NCBI GenBank assembly: GCA_965243485.1
Contig: CBDEVP010000001.1
Location: forward strand, 5,121,835-5,185,834
Length of the DNA: 64,000 nucleotides
Reading direction: 5' to 3'
Origin: Cyclobacteriaceae bacterium
Lineage (GTDB): Bacteria; Bacteroidota; Bacteroidia; Cytophagales; Cyclobacteriaceae
The notes beneath the pieces are model-generated. The model did not search any database. It saw only the letters and a list, made by a program, of their open reading frames with translations, and had not been told where the DNA came from. Below, one piece after another: positions 18,119-27,674 of this stretch. Numbering within the stretch: the first letter of the stretch is position 1; each line of letters starts with the position of its first letter. The position numbers and the translations under genes are program-made.

Positions 18119-19978
18119 TCATTCAACGGGGAGCCAAACATCGAACGTACCCCCAGCCTTACCCGCATCAGCAAATGGGATTAGATTTATTAATCCCTTG
18201 TCCGATTCCACTTCATATTGATACCCTGAAAGGACATTAGGATTTGGAGTAAGTTTCCCATTTTGTAAATCCTCCCTTTTAAAAGAGAAATCTGTTAACT
18301 CCCTGTTGTAATTCGGATCAAAAACCCATGTGATCGGACCTTTTTGAACACTCAAACTCTGAGTTTCTTTAGACCCTTTCAATCGTCTTAAGTTCTTGGG
18401 TACCAGGGTTATCATTCCGTAATCTACCCCTTTCGCATCCATCTTAAATTCAACTTCAAGCTGATCACCCTTTCTCCAGTTTCGCTGAATAATTATAAAA
18501 CCTTCAGAAATCTGTGGGTCCTTTATCAATTTGCTGTTTATCTTTAGTGAGTATGCTTCGCTAAAAGATGGAACTCTCAATTTAAGCATGAAGTCAACTG
18601 GCTCTCTGGGGTCTACAGCAAGCTGAATATTTCCATTTAACGGATACAAGGTTTTTTGATAAATATCTACATTGATGTTATTGATCTTCGTATTCACATG
18701 GGAGTCTTCATAGAAATTAACAACCAGGCTTTTTTGATCCTGTGATGTCCAATAAAAAATCTGCGGGAAATAACTAATCATCATGCTATTCATTGTGTAG
18801 CAACAAAATGAATGACTACCATGTGCCATGCATTTAAAACCATTTGAACCAAAAAAAGAAACGTTGCCAGCTACGGCACACGAGGCTCCTGCATCATGTG
18901 CATTTATAGAATTGTATATAACAGACTCTACAATATTCATATACTTTATATCACCTGTTAACTCGAACATTTTAATACAAAAGATCGCAAATGGACAGAT
19001 ATCGCATAAATAATCAAGCCCAAGACCTTGGTTTTCCTCTACTCGATTGAATTCTACAAATTGATGAAAATTGTTGGAAGCGGAAACCAACATTGTGTCT
19101 GATAAAGTAGTCCTATACAAGTTTATAAATCCAAGAAAATTAAGGAAATCTTCACAAGGTTTACGATGATAATTCTGGCGATTATTTGGATCATTTGTAA
19201 GCAAAAATCTTGGTCCAATCACTGAATAGTACCTTGACTTAATATAATTACAAAACGCCAGGTAATCATCATTTCCTTCCAATTCGTAAAGCCAGGCAAA
19301 TGGATATATGGCGCATGTAGCTCCGGAACTAAACATGGTTGCCGGGTTAGAAGCAAGAATATCTACTTTACCATCATCTGACTGGTAAAAAGTTCCATTT
19401 GGCTTATTTGAATCCCCTCCAAAAATATCCATATAAAGTTCAGCAATCTTCTTTGCCATCTCTAATGATTTTCTGTCATTAAACACTTCGTGATGAGTTA
19501 ATAAACCTATCATCAAGAGATTGTGATTCCATGTATCAAAATGCCAGGTTTGCTTTTTTATGTGGTCAATTTGATTCCAGTTCAGCTCAAAAAATCTGTA
19601 GCCAGGTTTATAAGATCCCAGATAGCCATTGTCAAGCTGTTGCTTCTGTAGTCTGTAAATGCATCTATCAATGAGTTCTTTTAGCTTATTATCTGGTTTG
19701 TATTTATAACTGTTACACGCAGCCACCAGCCATTTCCCAATGTGTTCTCCGCTAAACCAACGAAAGGTATCGATCGGATGCTCATAGTACGATAAGAATT
19801 CCTCCAAATCAGTCATATTCTTGACTCTGGTTTCAAGGTTATTGTCAAAACGCGCTCCCAGAATACCATTAAGCTCAAGTTGACCCTGGACAGGAACTAA
19901 CTCATTTTTTAAAGATTGAGATTTAAGGTTTAGTAGCCAGCATATTGCGATAATAGTAATTATTGATTTTCTGTACAT
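18119..19978 (-). CDS. DUF1680 / GH127-like glycoside hydrolase, secreted
   Basis: 619 aa with a signal peptide. GEHIGKWLVAA block typical of DUF1680 and a vicinal Cys pair in SHSFCCYTMN. The length fits GH127/GH146-type enzymes. Confidence 0.55.
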   Translation of the reverse strand: MYRKSIITIIAICWLLNLKSQSLKNELVPVQGQLELNGILGARFDNNLETRVKNMTDLEEFLSYYEHPIDTFRWFSGEHIGKWLVAACNSYKYKPDNKLKELIDRCIYRLQKQQLDNGYLGSYKPGYRFFELNWNQIDHIKKQTWHFDTWNHNLLMIGLLTHHEVFNDRKSLEMAKKIAELYMDIFGGDSNKPNGTFYQSDDGKVDILASNPATMFSSGATCAIYPFAWLYELEGNDDYLAFCNYIKSRYYSVIGPRFLLTNDPNNRQNYHRKPCEDFLNFLGFINLYRTTLSDTMLVSASNNFHQFVEFNRVEENQGLGLDYLCDICPFAIFCIKMFELTGDIKYMNIVESVIYNSINAHDAGASCAVAGNVSFFGSNGFKCMAHGSHSFCCYTMNSMMISYFPQIFYWTSQDQKSLVVNFYEDSHVNTKINNINVDIYQKTLYPLNGNIQLAVDPREPVDFMLKLRVPSFSEAYSLKINSKLIKDPQISEGFIIIQRNWRKGDQLEVEFKMDAKGVDYGMITLVPKNLRRLKGSKETQSLSVQKGPITWVFDPNYNRELTDFSFKREDLQNGKLTPNPNVLSGYQYEVESDKGLINLIPFADAGKAGGTFDVWLPVE

Positions 19979-20083
19979 ATATGAAATGAGTTTTCAGGTT
20001 TTAACTGATTACTTGAATTTTTAAACTTTTTTTTTGATGCAGGGAATGCCCATTTTTAAGGTGCAGGACATTCCCATCGTTTC

Positions 20084-21634
20084 TTACCAGCTAGGATTTT
20101 GTGTCAATAAACTACCTTTGATTGCCAATTGATTCTGAGGAATCGGAAACAGTTCATGCTTCCCGGCAATTACAGGTTTTCCCTGGGCTTGCAAGGTAGA
20201 AATCAGTCTTCCTGTTCTCTTTAGGTCAAACCAACGGTGACCCTCACCGGCCAGTTCTATGGCCCGCTCATTCAGAATAGCATCGCGTAACTCATCTTTG
20301 CTGAGACCAGTTGTAGCATCCGCCGGAAAGCCTGTCTCAACCCATGGTCCGCCACCATCCCCATCTCTGGCTCGCTTCCTGATCTTGTTCAACTCGGCCA
20401 CCGCACCGGCTTTATCATCCAACTCATTCAAAGCTTCTGCCTTCATTAAGATGACATCGGCGTATCTCAGGATCATGATATTGGCTGAAAAAGCATATCC
20501 TGACCTGCTTGTATTCGCACTTGCATCTACAAACTTCTGAGGCATACTTGGAAGGCCTCTTGGAAACTGAGTGTAGTCGATCGGATTACCAAATTCATCA
20601 ATTCCGCTATAAACGAAAGTCATATCTCTTCTGTAATCCTGTGGGTCGAACATATCAAAAAATTGTTGCTCCGCAACGATACCTCCTGTGCCGGGGGTAG
20701 CCGCTTCTCCCGAGAAATCGGCATTAATTCCGTTCAATTGAATGTCCCAGGTGGTATTTGGCAGGTGGAAGACACCCCAGATTGACAATTCGCCATTCCC
20801 TGTGGTCCCACCTCTTGTGGTGATAAACTCAAAGATTGATTCTGAATTGAAAGCATCTTCCTTGCCAATAGCCTTTTCGAAATCAGCAGTCAAGGCATAC
20901 ACCCCACTGGTGATTACTTCATTGCATGCATCCACACAGGCCTGATAATCCCCCGGCTGAGCGCTTGGAGATCCGGCTCTCGTCAAATACACTTTGGCTA
21001 AAAGGCTGGCTGCCGCTCCGCTGGTTGCTCGCCCGGTTTCATTGGTTGCCGCCATATTATCTTTGGCAAAAATCAAGTCATTGATGATGAATTGATATAC
21101 TTCTGATTCGGGACTCCTTGGAGAGATAGCCTCCGCCGGGCTTGTGACAGATTTATCTCGTATCACAATATCCCCGAACAATCTCATCAGATTAAAATGA
21201 TGAAGTGCCCTGAGAAACCTGGCTTCACCTTCAAATTGAGAAGCAGCTGTTGCTGAAATATCGGCAATGGGCAGATTGTCAATGACTGCATTGGCGGCTG
21301 CAATAGCCTCGTAGATGTGCCGGTATGTAGCGTTTACATTATTATCTCCTGAAGTATAAGTGAACTCATGTAGCGGTCTGTCACCTCCAAGTCCTATAGG
21401 ATCCATTTCGTCGGAAGCAAAATTGACCATATAGAGGAATCTTCTCTTGTAATACTGTATGCTCCCACTTCCCAGGCGATCATAGGCACCAACCAGGGCA
21501 AGAAACATATCGTTTTCAGTCCGGTAAGCCAACTCGGGAGAATTGAAATCAGGTGCGTCTTCTGATAGAAACTCTTCGCATGCGCTGAAATGAAGCGCAA
21601 GCATAATGATGAAAATATATTTTAAAGTCTTCAT
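20084..21634 (-). CDS. SusD/RagB family nutrient-binding outer membrane lipoprotein
   Basis: 516 aa with a lipoprotein signal (HFSAC). Sits immediately downstream of a SusC-like gene and ends in a typical SusD C-terminus (RWFDLKRTGR...QNPSW). Confidence 0.9.
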   Translation of the reverse strand: MKTLKYIFIIMLALHFSACEEFLSEDAPDFNSPELAYRTENDMFLALVGAYDRLGSGSIQYYKRRFLYMVNFASDEMDPIGLGGDRPLHEFTYTSGDNNVNATYRHIYEAIAAANAVIDNLPIADISATAASQFEGEARFLRALHHFNLMRLFGDIVIRDKSVTSPAEAISPRSPESEVYQFIINDLIFAKDNMAATNETGRATSGAAASLLAKVYLTRAGSPSAQPGDYQACVDACNEVITSGVYALTADFEKAIGKEDAFNSESIFEFITTRGGTTGNGELSIWGVFHLPNTTWDIQLNGINADFSGEAATPGTGGIVAEQQFFDMFDPQDYRRDMTFVYSGIDEFGNPIDYTQFPRGLPSMPQKFVDASANTSRSGYAFSANIMILRYADVILMKAEALNELDDKAGAVAELNKIRKRARDGDGGGPWVETGFPADATTGLSKDELRDAILNERAIELAGEGHRWFDLKRTGRLISTLQAQGKPVIAGKHELFPIPQNQLAIKGSLLTQNPSW

Positions 21635-21652
21635 AATATTCTCTAGTTATTT

Positions 21653-24600
21653 TTAGAAACCAAGGTTTACTCCAATCAGATAGGTAGTAGCTGAGGGATA
21701 GGCCGCAAAGTCAATACCCTGTCGACCACCTACAGTGCTGATCAATGCAGGATCCACACCCGAGTAGCTGGTAAAAGTGGCCAGGTTTTGTCCTGACAGA
21801 TAAACTTTAGCTGACGATATCCAGCCTGGAAGATTGGTGAACGTGTAACCGAGCTGGATATTCTGGATCTTGATATAGGATGCATCTTCCACATATGTCG
21901 ACAGCAGCGCATCCTGATAGACAGATCTTGATCCCGCCTGTGGAATGTTACTCTCTGTATTAGAAGGGGTCCACCGGTTGAGCAAATCGACGTGTTTGTT
22001 TGAGCCGGAGTTGACTGAATTAAATATCTCAGCTGCTGCTCCATTGACAGCTTCAAAGCCTTGCATTCCGCGGATGAAAACAGTCAATGACAAGCCCTTA
22101 TATCTAAAGGTGTTGTTAAAACCAAAGGCAAGATCCGGAATTGAATTACCAAGAATCACCCGATCATCCTGATTCCACAATGAATCTCCATTGATATCCA
22201 TGATTTTCAATTCACCTGGTCTGATTCCGGTAGTATCGTAACCTGCGGAAGCTGCCTGATTAATTTCATTTTGAGTATTCCAGACACCATCGGCCCGATA
22301 GCCATAGAAGGATCCAAATGGCTGTCCAACAGAATCTATTTTAGAAATCACTCCACTTATTGCAGTGCTAAAGCCCTGATATTCCCTGGGCGCACTCGGA
22401 CCATTGCTCAAAACCTCATTATTGAGGAAAGTCATGTTGACTTCAGTGGTCCACTCGAAGTCAGATGTCCTGACAGGAGATCCTCCCAGAACCACTTCAA
22501 ATCCATTGCTGCTCTGACTTCCGGTATTGAAGATTTTGTTGGCTTCAACACCATTGGTGTAGTCCAGCGTAATTAGCAATAATTGGTCTTCGGTCGTCTT
22601 GTCAAAATATTCCACAGTACCGTACAACCGGTTATTAAACAATCCGAAATCCACTCCGATATTGCTAGTGATTGTCTCTTCCCAGCCCAGATCTGAATTG
22701 GCCAGCTGAGAGGGAGCTGTACCAGTGTACACCACTCCGCCAAAAATGTATTGGCCTCCGGAACCTACAGCCGGAAAGGAAGAGTATGCGCCAATGGCCT
22801 GGTTACCAGTGACACCATAACCTGCCCTCAATTTCAGGTCACTTACCAGGTCACTGTTTTGTAAAAACGATTCTTCGGAAATTCTCCATCCTGCGGATAC
22901 AGCACCGAAATTTCCCCATTTGTTGTTCTCTCCAAACACGGATGCACCATCTCTCCTAAAGCTTGCGGCAAGCAGATATTTCCCGCCGTATTCGTAGTTT
23001 ACTCTACCCAGAAATCCAGCCAGCGTGCGCTCGCTGTAATCTGAAAATGCATTGGTGCTGGTACTTGCATTTTCAAGTGCATTCAATCTGAAATTATCAT
23101 CCGGAAATCCCAGTGCCGTTGTTCTGGCAGCATATGACTTTGATCCCTGTAAGCTTGAACCGACAACTACCGAAAGGGAATGATCTGCAAAAGTCTTCGC
23201 ATAAGTAAGGGTATATTCATTGATCCATGACTTATTTTCAATCGCCGTCAGGTCTGCACGTCCATTAGTTAAACCTCCCAGATAGCTGGACCTGCCGGGG
23301 AAGTAGTATTGCCCCTGAGCGTTGCTGATATCCAAACCAAGAGAAGCCCTGAAATCCAGACCATCCATCAAATTGGCATCCAGTGCGAAATTTCCCAAAA
23401 AAGTTTTGGTAACCACGTTTGAGGTGATATCCCTTAAAGCCCATACCGGGTTTTCGGGTTTATTGCTTTCGACCCAATCCACGATATAGTCTCCCTCATC
23501 ATCAAACACACTTATTGTGGGTGAGGTTGCATAAGCTTTTTGAATAGGTCCCCTCACATTATCACTTCCTGAATCATCTGTTCCTCCAACATTTTTGCTT
23601 TCGCTGTAGGTCATCCGGGCAGATAACCCGACGCGGTCATTCACATCAAAATCAAGGTTCGACCTGAAGGTATAGCGCTCCAGACCTGTATTCAATACAA
23701 TACCATCCTGATCAAAATAAGAACCCGAGAAGTAATAATTCACACTTTCCGAGCCTCCGGATACCGATATCTGATGGTTTTCCAATAGGGCCTCAGTACC
23801 TGACCTCACAATTTCATCCTGCCAATCTGTACCTGCTCCCATCCCTGAAATCTCAGCATCAGAAAAGCCCGGATTCTGACCTCTGTTGATAAGGTACTCA
23901 TTGAGAAACTCGGCATGTTGCTGGCCATTCATCAGGTCCATCTTATTGTGCAATGACTGCACCCCTACCTGGCTGCTAATGTTCACCTGTGCTTTTTGGG
24001 CGTATTTTCCTTTCTTGGTGGTGATGATAATGACCCCATTGGCACCACGGGCACCGTAAATGGCAGTTGAGGCGGCATCTTTTAAAACCTGTATGGATTC
24101 TATGTCCTGTGGATTTAGCAAAGACAACGGACTGGAAGACGGATTCATTGGCTGATCCTCACCGGGGGCATTGGTCCGTTCGCCACCGCCAACCTGAACA
24201 CCATCAATGACATACAGAGGCTGAGTACCCGCATTGGCAGAGCTGCTACCTCTGATATTGACCTGCATACCCGCACCCGGTGCGCCGGAAGCAGGAGTAA
24301 TATTCAGTCCTGCAACTCTTCCCTGCAGCAATGACTGGACGTTCTGCTCAACCTGTTTGTTGATCTCATCCACATCCACCACTGAAATTGATCCGGTAAC
24401 ATTCTTTTTCTGCTGAGTACCATATCCTACAACCACCACTTCGCTCAAAGCCTGTACATCAGCTTCCAGGGTTACCGGGATCGTAGAACGACTTTTGATT
24501 GCAATTTCCTGATTGAGGTAACCGACAAAACTAATTACGAGGGTAGCATTGTCCGTATCATTCACTTCTAATGAGTAATTGCCATCAACATCAGTGATGG

Positions 24601-24772
24601 TTCCGATTGATGAACCCTTTAACTGTACTGATGCTCCCGGCAAAGGGTCTCCGTTATTATCGGACACTTTGCCTGTGATCACACTTTGAGACCACACAGA
24701 GAGGCCGGCCAAAATGCACACTAAAGCCAAGTAAATTTTTTTCATAATACATGTTGTTTCGTTACAAATCAA
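21653..24772 (-). CDS. SusC/RagA family TonB-dependent receptor (no STN signalling domain)
   Basis: 1039 aa. Carboxypeptidase-regulatory-like domain (GKVSDNNGDPLPGASVQLKG), plug region (VVVGYGTQQKKNVTGS) and a C-terminal beta-barrel ending in F. The likely true start is MKKIYLALV at 24745. Confidence 0.9.
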   Translation of the reverse strand: MICNETTCIMKKIYLALVCILAGLSVWSQSVITGKVSDNNGDPLPGASVQLKGSSIGTITDVDGNYSLEVNDTDNATLVISFVGYLNQEIAIKSRSTIPVTLEADVQALSEVVVVGYGTQQKKNVTGSISVVDVDEINKQVEQNVQSLLQGRVAGLNITPASGAPGAGMQVNIRGSSSANAGTQPLYVIDGVQVGGGERTNAPGEDQPMNPSSSPLSLLNPQDIESIQVLKDAASTAIYGARGANGVIIITTKKGKYAQKAQVNISSQVGVQSLHNKMDLMNGQQHAEFLNEYLINRGQNPGFSDAEISGMGAGTDWQDEIVRSGTEALLENHQISVSGGSESVNYYFSGSYFDQDGIVLNTGLERYTFRSNLDFDVNDRVGLSARMTYSESKNVGGTDDSGSDNVRGPIQKAYATSPTISVFDDEGDYIVDWVESNKPENPVWALRDITSNVVTKTFLGNFALDANLMDGLDFRASLGLDISNAQGQYYFPGRSSYLGGLTNGRADLTAIENKSWINEYTLTYAKTFADHSLSVVVGSSLQGSKSYAARTTALGFPDDNFRLNALENASTSTNAFSDYSERTLAGFLGRVNYEYGGKYLLAASFRRDGASVFGENNKWGNFGAVSAGWRISEESFLQNSDLVSDLKLRAGYGVTGNQAIGAYSSFPAVGSGGQYIFGGVVYTGTAPSQLANSDLGWEETITSNIGVDFGLFNNRLYGTVEYFDKTTEDQLLLITLDYTNGVEANKIFNTGSQSSNGFEVVLGGSPVRTSDFEWTTEVNMTFLNNEVLSNGPSAPREYQGFSTAISGVISKIDSVGQPFGSFYGYRADGVWNTQNEINQAASAGYDTTGIRPGELKIMDINGDSLWNQDDRVILGNSIPDLAFGFNNTFRYKGLSLTVFIRGMQGFEAVNGAAAEIFNSVNSGSNKHVDLLNRWTPSNTESNIPQAGSRSVYQDALLSTYVEDASYIKIQNIQLGYTFTNLPGWISSAKVYLSGQNLATFTSYSGVDPALISTVGGRQGIDFAAYPSATTYLIGVNLGF

Positions 24773-24799
24773 GACAGGGATTATCCCAGTTATGAATTG

Positions 24800-24827
24800 T
24801 AAATATATAGTGTTATAACATTATATA
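24800..24827 (-). promoter_or_regulatory. candidate GntR operator (palindrome TGTTATAACA within a 24-bp near-palindrome) fused to a TAnnTTT(A) -7-like box, upstream of susC
   Basis: Minus strand reads AATGTTATAACACTATATATTTA. The 10-bp perfect palindrome is at 24811-24820, extended to 24804-24827 with one mismatched pair. The same unit recurs at 26646-26668. Confidence 0.45.
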
Positions 24828-24980
24828 AAATAGTATACTATAAAATAAATATTAGAATTATAATTAGGTTAGATTAGAGTGGCTCCGAATTGAAGATATG
24901 GCAATTCTTTATCCGCTGTTCAATCAGATTTACATTAAAAGTCTCATTTTTTTAAACGAGGAGGAATTAACCTGTGTTTG

Positions 24981-25718
24981 CTACAGTTCATCGCTGAAAA
25001 TATCATTCCTTTCGCGTTCCTCGTTCTGATACTCGCCATAGATGCGCAGCATCGTCTTTTTACCATGCTCAATATGCAAATCGATGCAAGAACGCAGTAG
25101 ATCTGTATCTTGCCGTTCAATTCCGTCGATCATCTGGGCATGTTCGTCAACCGCAAGCTTTAGCAGATCCCAGCTTCCGAATATGCGTTTCCTTTTATGA
25201 AATCGCGTGATCAGATTAGAATCGTGAACAATCTTCATCAAGCGCTGATTTTTAGCGATCTTTAGAATTGCCAGATGAAACTTTCCGTCCTGCCTGATGA
25301 TCTCAGCCACCAGCTCATCATCATATTTGTTACTATCGGGGTAATTATTGGGATCATTCGCTGCTTTCTGTATCATTTCAGCAAAGTCAGAATTAATACG
25401 TCTCAGTTCTTCAATATCAGTTGTACTTGCCAGCTTACTTGCCTGGATGGCAGCATGGATCTCCAGTGCTTTCCTGATCTCATAAATTTCTATGATTTCA
25501 TCCTCTGACGGATTTGCTACAAAAAACCCAACACCATTCTTTTGCACCATAATGCCCTCTGATACCAGTTGATGAATCGCTTCTCTGATAGGTATAAAAC
25601 TTACTCCTATCTCCTTGGCCAGTGCTCTATTGGATAATTTAGTATCCGGGCTGAGCTCTCCTGCTGCTATTTTCCGCCGCAGATATTTGTATGCCTTTTC
25701 CTTTAATGATTCACTCAT
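24981..25718 (-). CDS. GntR family transcriptional regulator (FadR/FCD subfamily)
   Basis: 245 aa. N-terminal winged HTH (KLSNRALAKEIGVSFIPIREAIHQLVSEGIM) and an all-helical C-terminal domain. Confidence 0.85.
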   Translation of the reverse strand: MSESLKEKAYKYLRRKIAAGELSPDTKLSNRALAKEIGVSFIPIREAIHQLVSEGIMVQKNGVGFFVANPSEDEIIEIYEIRKALEIHAAIQASKLASTTDIEELRRINSDFAEMIQKAANDPNNYPDSNKYDDELVAEIIRQDGKFHLAILKIAKNQRLMKIVHDSNLITRFHKRKRIFGSWDLLKLAVDEHAQMIDGIERQDTDLLRSCIDLHIEHGKKTMLRIYGEYQNEERERNDIFSDEL

Positions 25719-25731
25719 AATAACCCTTTGA

Positions 25732-26631
25732 TCAATTACTAAATCTATCCCTGGCCTCTACCCAGCAATCCTCGATGATTGCTTTCATTTGAACCGCCTG
25801 TTTTAATCTGTTCCCCTCCTGTATTAATTCACCCTGATACCAATAAGTCACTGCATAGTGCGAAGTGACCCCCAACAGTTCAGGTGCAAAAATGATATAG
25901 TCGCCAGCCTGGGCTTCCTTTAAAAACCCAACTAATGACCTGATCCACATTTCCCTAAAATACTTAATATTGACTTCCATCTCAGGATTCATGATATCCC
26001 GTTGCATACACCCTCCGTTTCCAATTCGTCCATGAATGAAACGAACTCGATCGAAAACAGGCTGTATGAATTCAAATTTCTTCTCCATATGAGCAAACCG
26101 GCCATATCTCATTTCCTGGCCTGTGTACCAGTGCGAAAAGTCACCGTTGAATCTTATTTCGGGAAATCGTTCAACCATTCGTACAGTACGCCACATATCC
26201 TGAGTAATCGTGGCTCTGTGAGTCTCAAGAAAAACAGGCATAGCGCTCTTGACCGAGGCATTGAGGATGTCATCAACGAGCACATCCATTTCATCATCGT
26301 CTTCTAAACCGGTACCTGCATGCACAGTAACACAATCTGAGCCGTACTCCTTTGCTTGCTCAATCAGACGAGCCGCATCACCTTTCTTGTCAACCTTGCC
26401 ACTATGCGTATGACTTAGTCCGAATTCCCTGCAAGTATCAGCATCTCCATTTTGAATGCCACTAAAACCCTGATCTTTAAAGAATCGGTAGTAATCTTTC
26501 TCATCCCCCAATTGTATGGATTCGGGCAACTCCAACCAGGTTTCCCTGACCACATCAACGCGTAGTGCTGGTGCTTCCCTGGAACCCTTCCTGTTGCATA
26601 TATTACTCATAGCGCCTTTGATCGTTTTCAA
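25732..26631 (-). CDS. xylose-isomerase-like TIM barrel (sugar phosphate isomerase/epimerase fold) protein, paralog A
   Basis: The ORF-track start at 26631 is TTG; the first ATG (MSNICNRKG) is at 26610. Blocks FLETHRATITQDMWRTV, FNGDFSHWYTGQEMRYG, HGRIGNGGCMQRD and IIFAPELL give an E/D/H/E metal-ligand-like pattern. No signal peptide. Confidence 0.6.
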   Translation of the reverse strand: MKTIKGAMSNICNRKGSREAPALRVDVVRETWLELPESIQLGDEKDYYRFFKDQGFSGIQNGDADTCREFGLSHTHSGKVDKKGDAARLIEQAKEYGSDCVTVHAGTGLEDDDEMDVLVDDILNASVKSAMPVFLETHRATITQDMWRTVRMVERFPEIRFNGDFSHWYTGQEMRYGRFAHMEKKFEFIQPVFDRVRFIHGRIGNGGCMQRDIMNPEMEVNIKYFREMWIRSLVGFLKEAQAGDYIIFAPELLGVTSHYAVTYWYQGELIQEGNRLKQAVQMKAIIEDCWVEARDRFSN

Positions 26632-26645
26632 TACAAAACATAGAT

Positions 26646-26668
26646 CAAATATACACTGTTATAACATT
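26646..26668 (-). promoter_or_regulatory. second copy of the TGTTATAACA operator + exact TAnnTTTG -7 box, upstream of the TIM-barrel/GntR operon
   Basis: Minus strand reads AATGTTATAACAGTGTATATTTG. The palindrome is at 26657-26666 and TATATTTG at 26646-26653, about 36 nt upstream of ATG 26610. Confidence 0.45.
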
Positions 26669-26759
26669 TGAGTAAAACCGAAGATAACATAATGCAATTG
26701 AGTGATCGAAACTATGAGGTTGTGATGACAGCATCACACCTTCTTTGTATCGGGCTCAT

Positions 26760-27647
26760 CTATATAAAAGAAGTACCATTTTTTTGGTGTGCCTTCTGAT
26801 ACCTGAGCGGTGAAATCCCCTTAATCTTTCTAAATGAATAGATAAAGTGAGCGTAGGATCCAAAACCGGATTTCACATAGATCTCGTTTAAGTGTCCACC
26901 CTGCTCAAGCAAACGGCTCGCCAGTGCAACCCTCGCTGCCAGTATGTACTGGTGGATCGTAGTACCAATCTCTGCTTTAAAAACTCTTGACAAATGATAT
27001 TTACTCATTAAAGCCTGATCAGCAAGCTTTTCCAGTGTCAAATCCTCTTCCAGGTGACTATGAATAAATCCGATCAGTCCGGCAATCACTCCTGACCTGG
27101 ACCTGGAAAGATGATCGGAAGGAATACCCCGATTCTTGGAAAGCTCACCAACATATACAAGCAGATCATAAAGTCTTAAAACCTCTTCAGCATATGATTT
27201 TCCCAATCTTGCACGAATCAAATTGGCAAATAGATCGGACAATTCCTTTCGACATTCAACGGGCACACTGATCTTGTGCAGTTTCAATCGGAAGGGATAG
27301 GTCAGATCACAGATGCCCATAAATGGAGTTGTCACCTCACTCCTAAATTTGGCCATGTACCGCTCCATCACTGTGTCAGGCAAACTGCTTGCAGTATGGA
27401 TCTGGTTGCTCCCAATCAGGAAAAGATCGTGATCCTCAATGGTGTAAATGTGGCCATCTACCAGATACTGATGTCCGCCCCGGATGATGTAGCTTATTTC
27501 ATAATTCTCGTGGAAGTGTAGCTGGAGGGGTTTATCAATATTACTGATCTTTCTGGCGATGATCGGTTGCTTTTCTTCTTCCTGAAAAACCTTCAAGTTC
27601 AACATAGCAATTTTTCGAAATATTTTAGCAATATATTTAAATAACAT
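26760..27647 (-). CDS. AraC family transcriptional regulator (cupin sensor + HTH)
   Basis: N-terminal cupin block LQLHFHENYEISYIIRGGHQYLVDGHIY and a C-terminal AraC HTH (ALMSKYHLSRVFKAEIGTTIHQYI). The probable start is MLNLKVF at 27605. Confidence 0.85.
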   Translation of the reverse strand: MLFKYIAKIFRKIAMLNLKVFQEEEKQPIIARKISNIDKPLQLHFHENYEISYIIRGGHQYLVDGHIYTIEDHDLFLIGSNQIHTASSLPDTVMERYMAKFRSEVTTPFMGICDLTYPFRLKLHKISVPVECRKELSDLFANLIRARLGKSYAEEVLRLYDLLVYVGELSKNRGIPSDHLSRSRSGVIAGLIGFIHSHLEEDLTLEKLADQALMSKYHLSRVFKAEIGTTIHQYILAARVALASRLLEQGGHLNEIYVKSGFGSYAHFIYSFRKIKGISPLRYQKAHQKNGTSFI

Positions 27648-27674
27648 ATAAAACCTGTCATATTTATTTGCAGG

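Noticed and set aside
20028-20075. A hairpin (gggaatg ... cattccc) between susD and the GH127-like gene, considered as a terminator.
   Set aside because: The stem is only 7 bp. On the coding (minus) strand it is followed by an A-run rather than a T-run. The genes are more likely co-transcribed.
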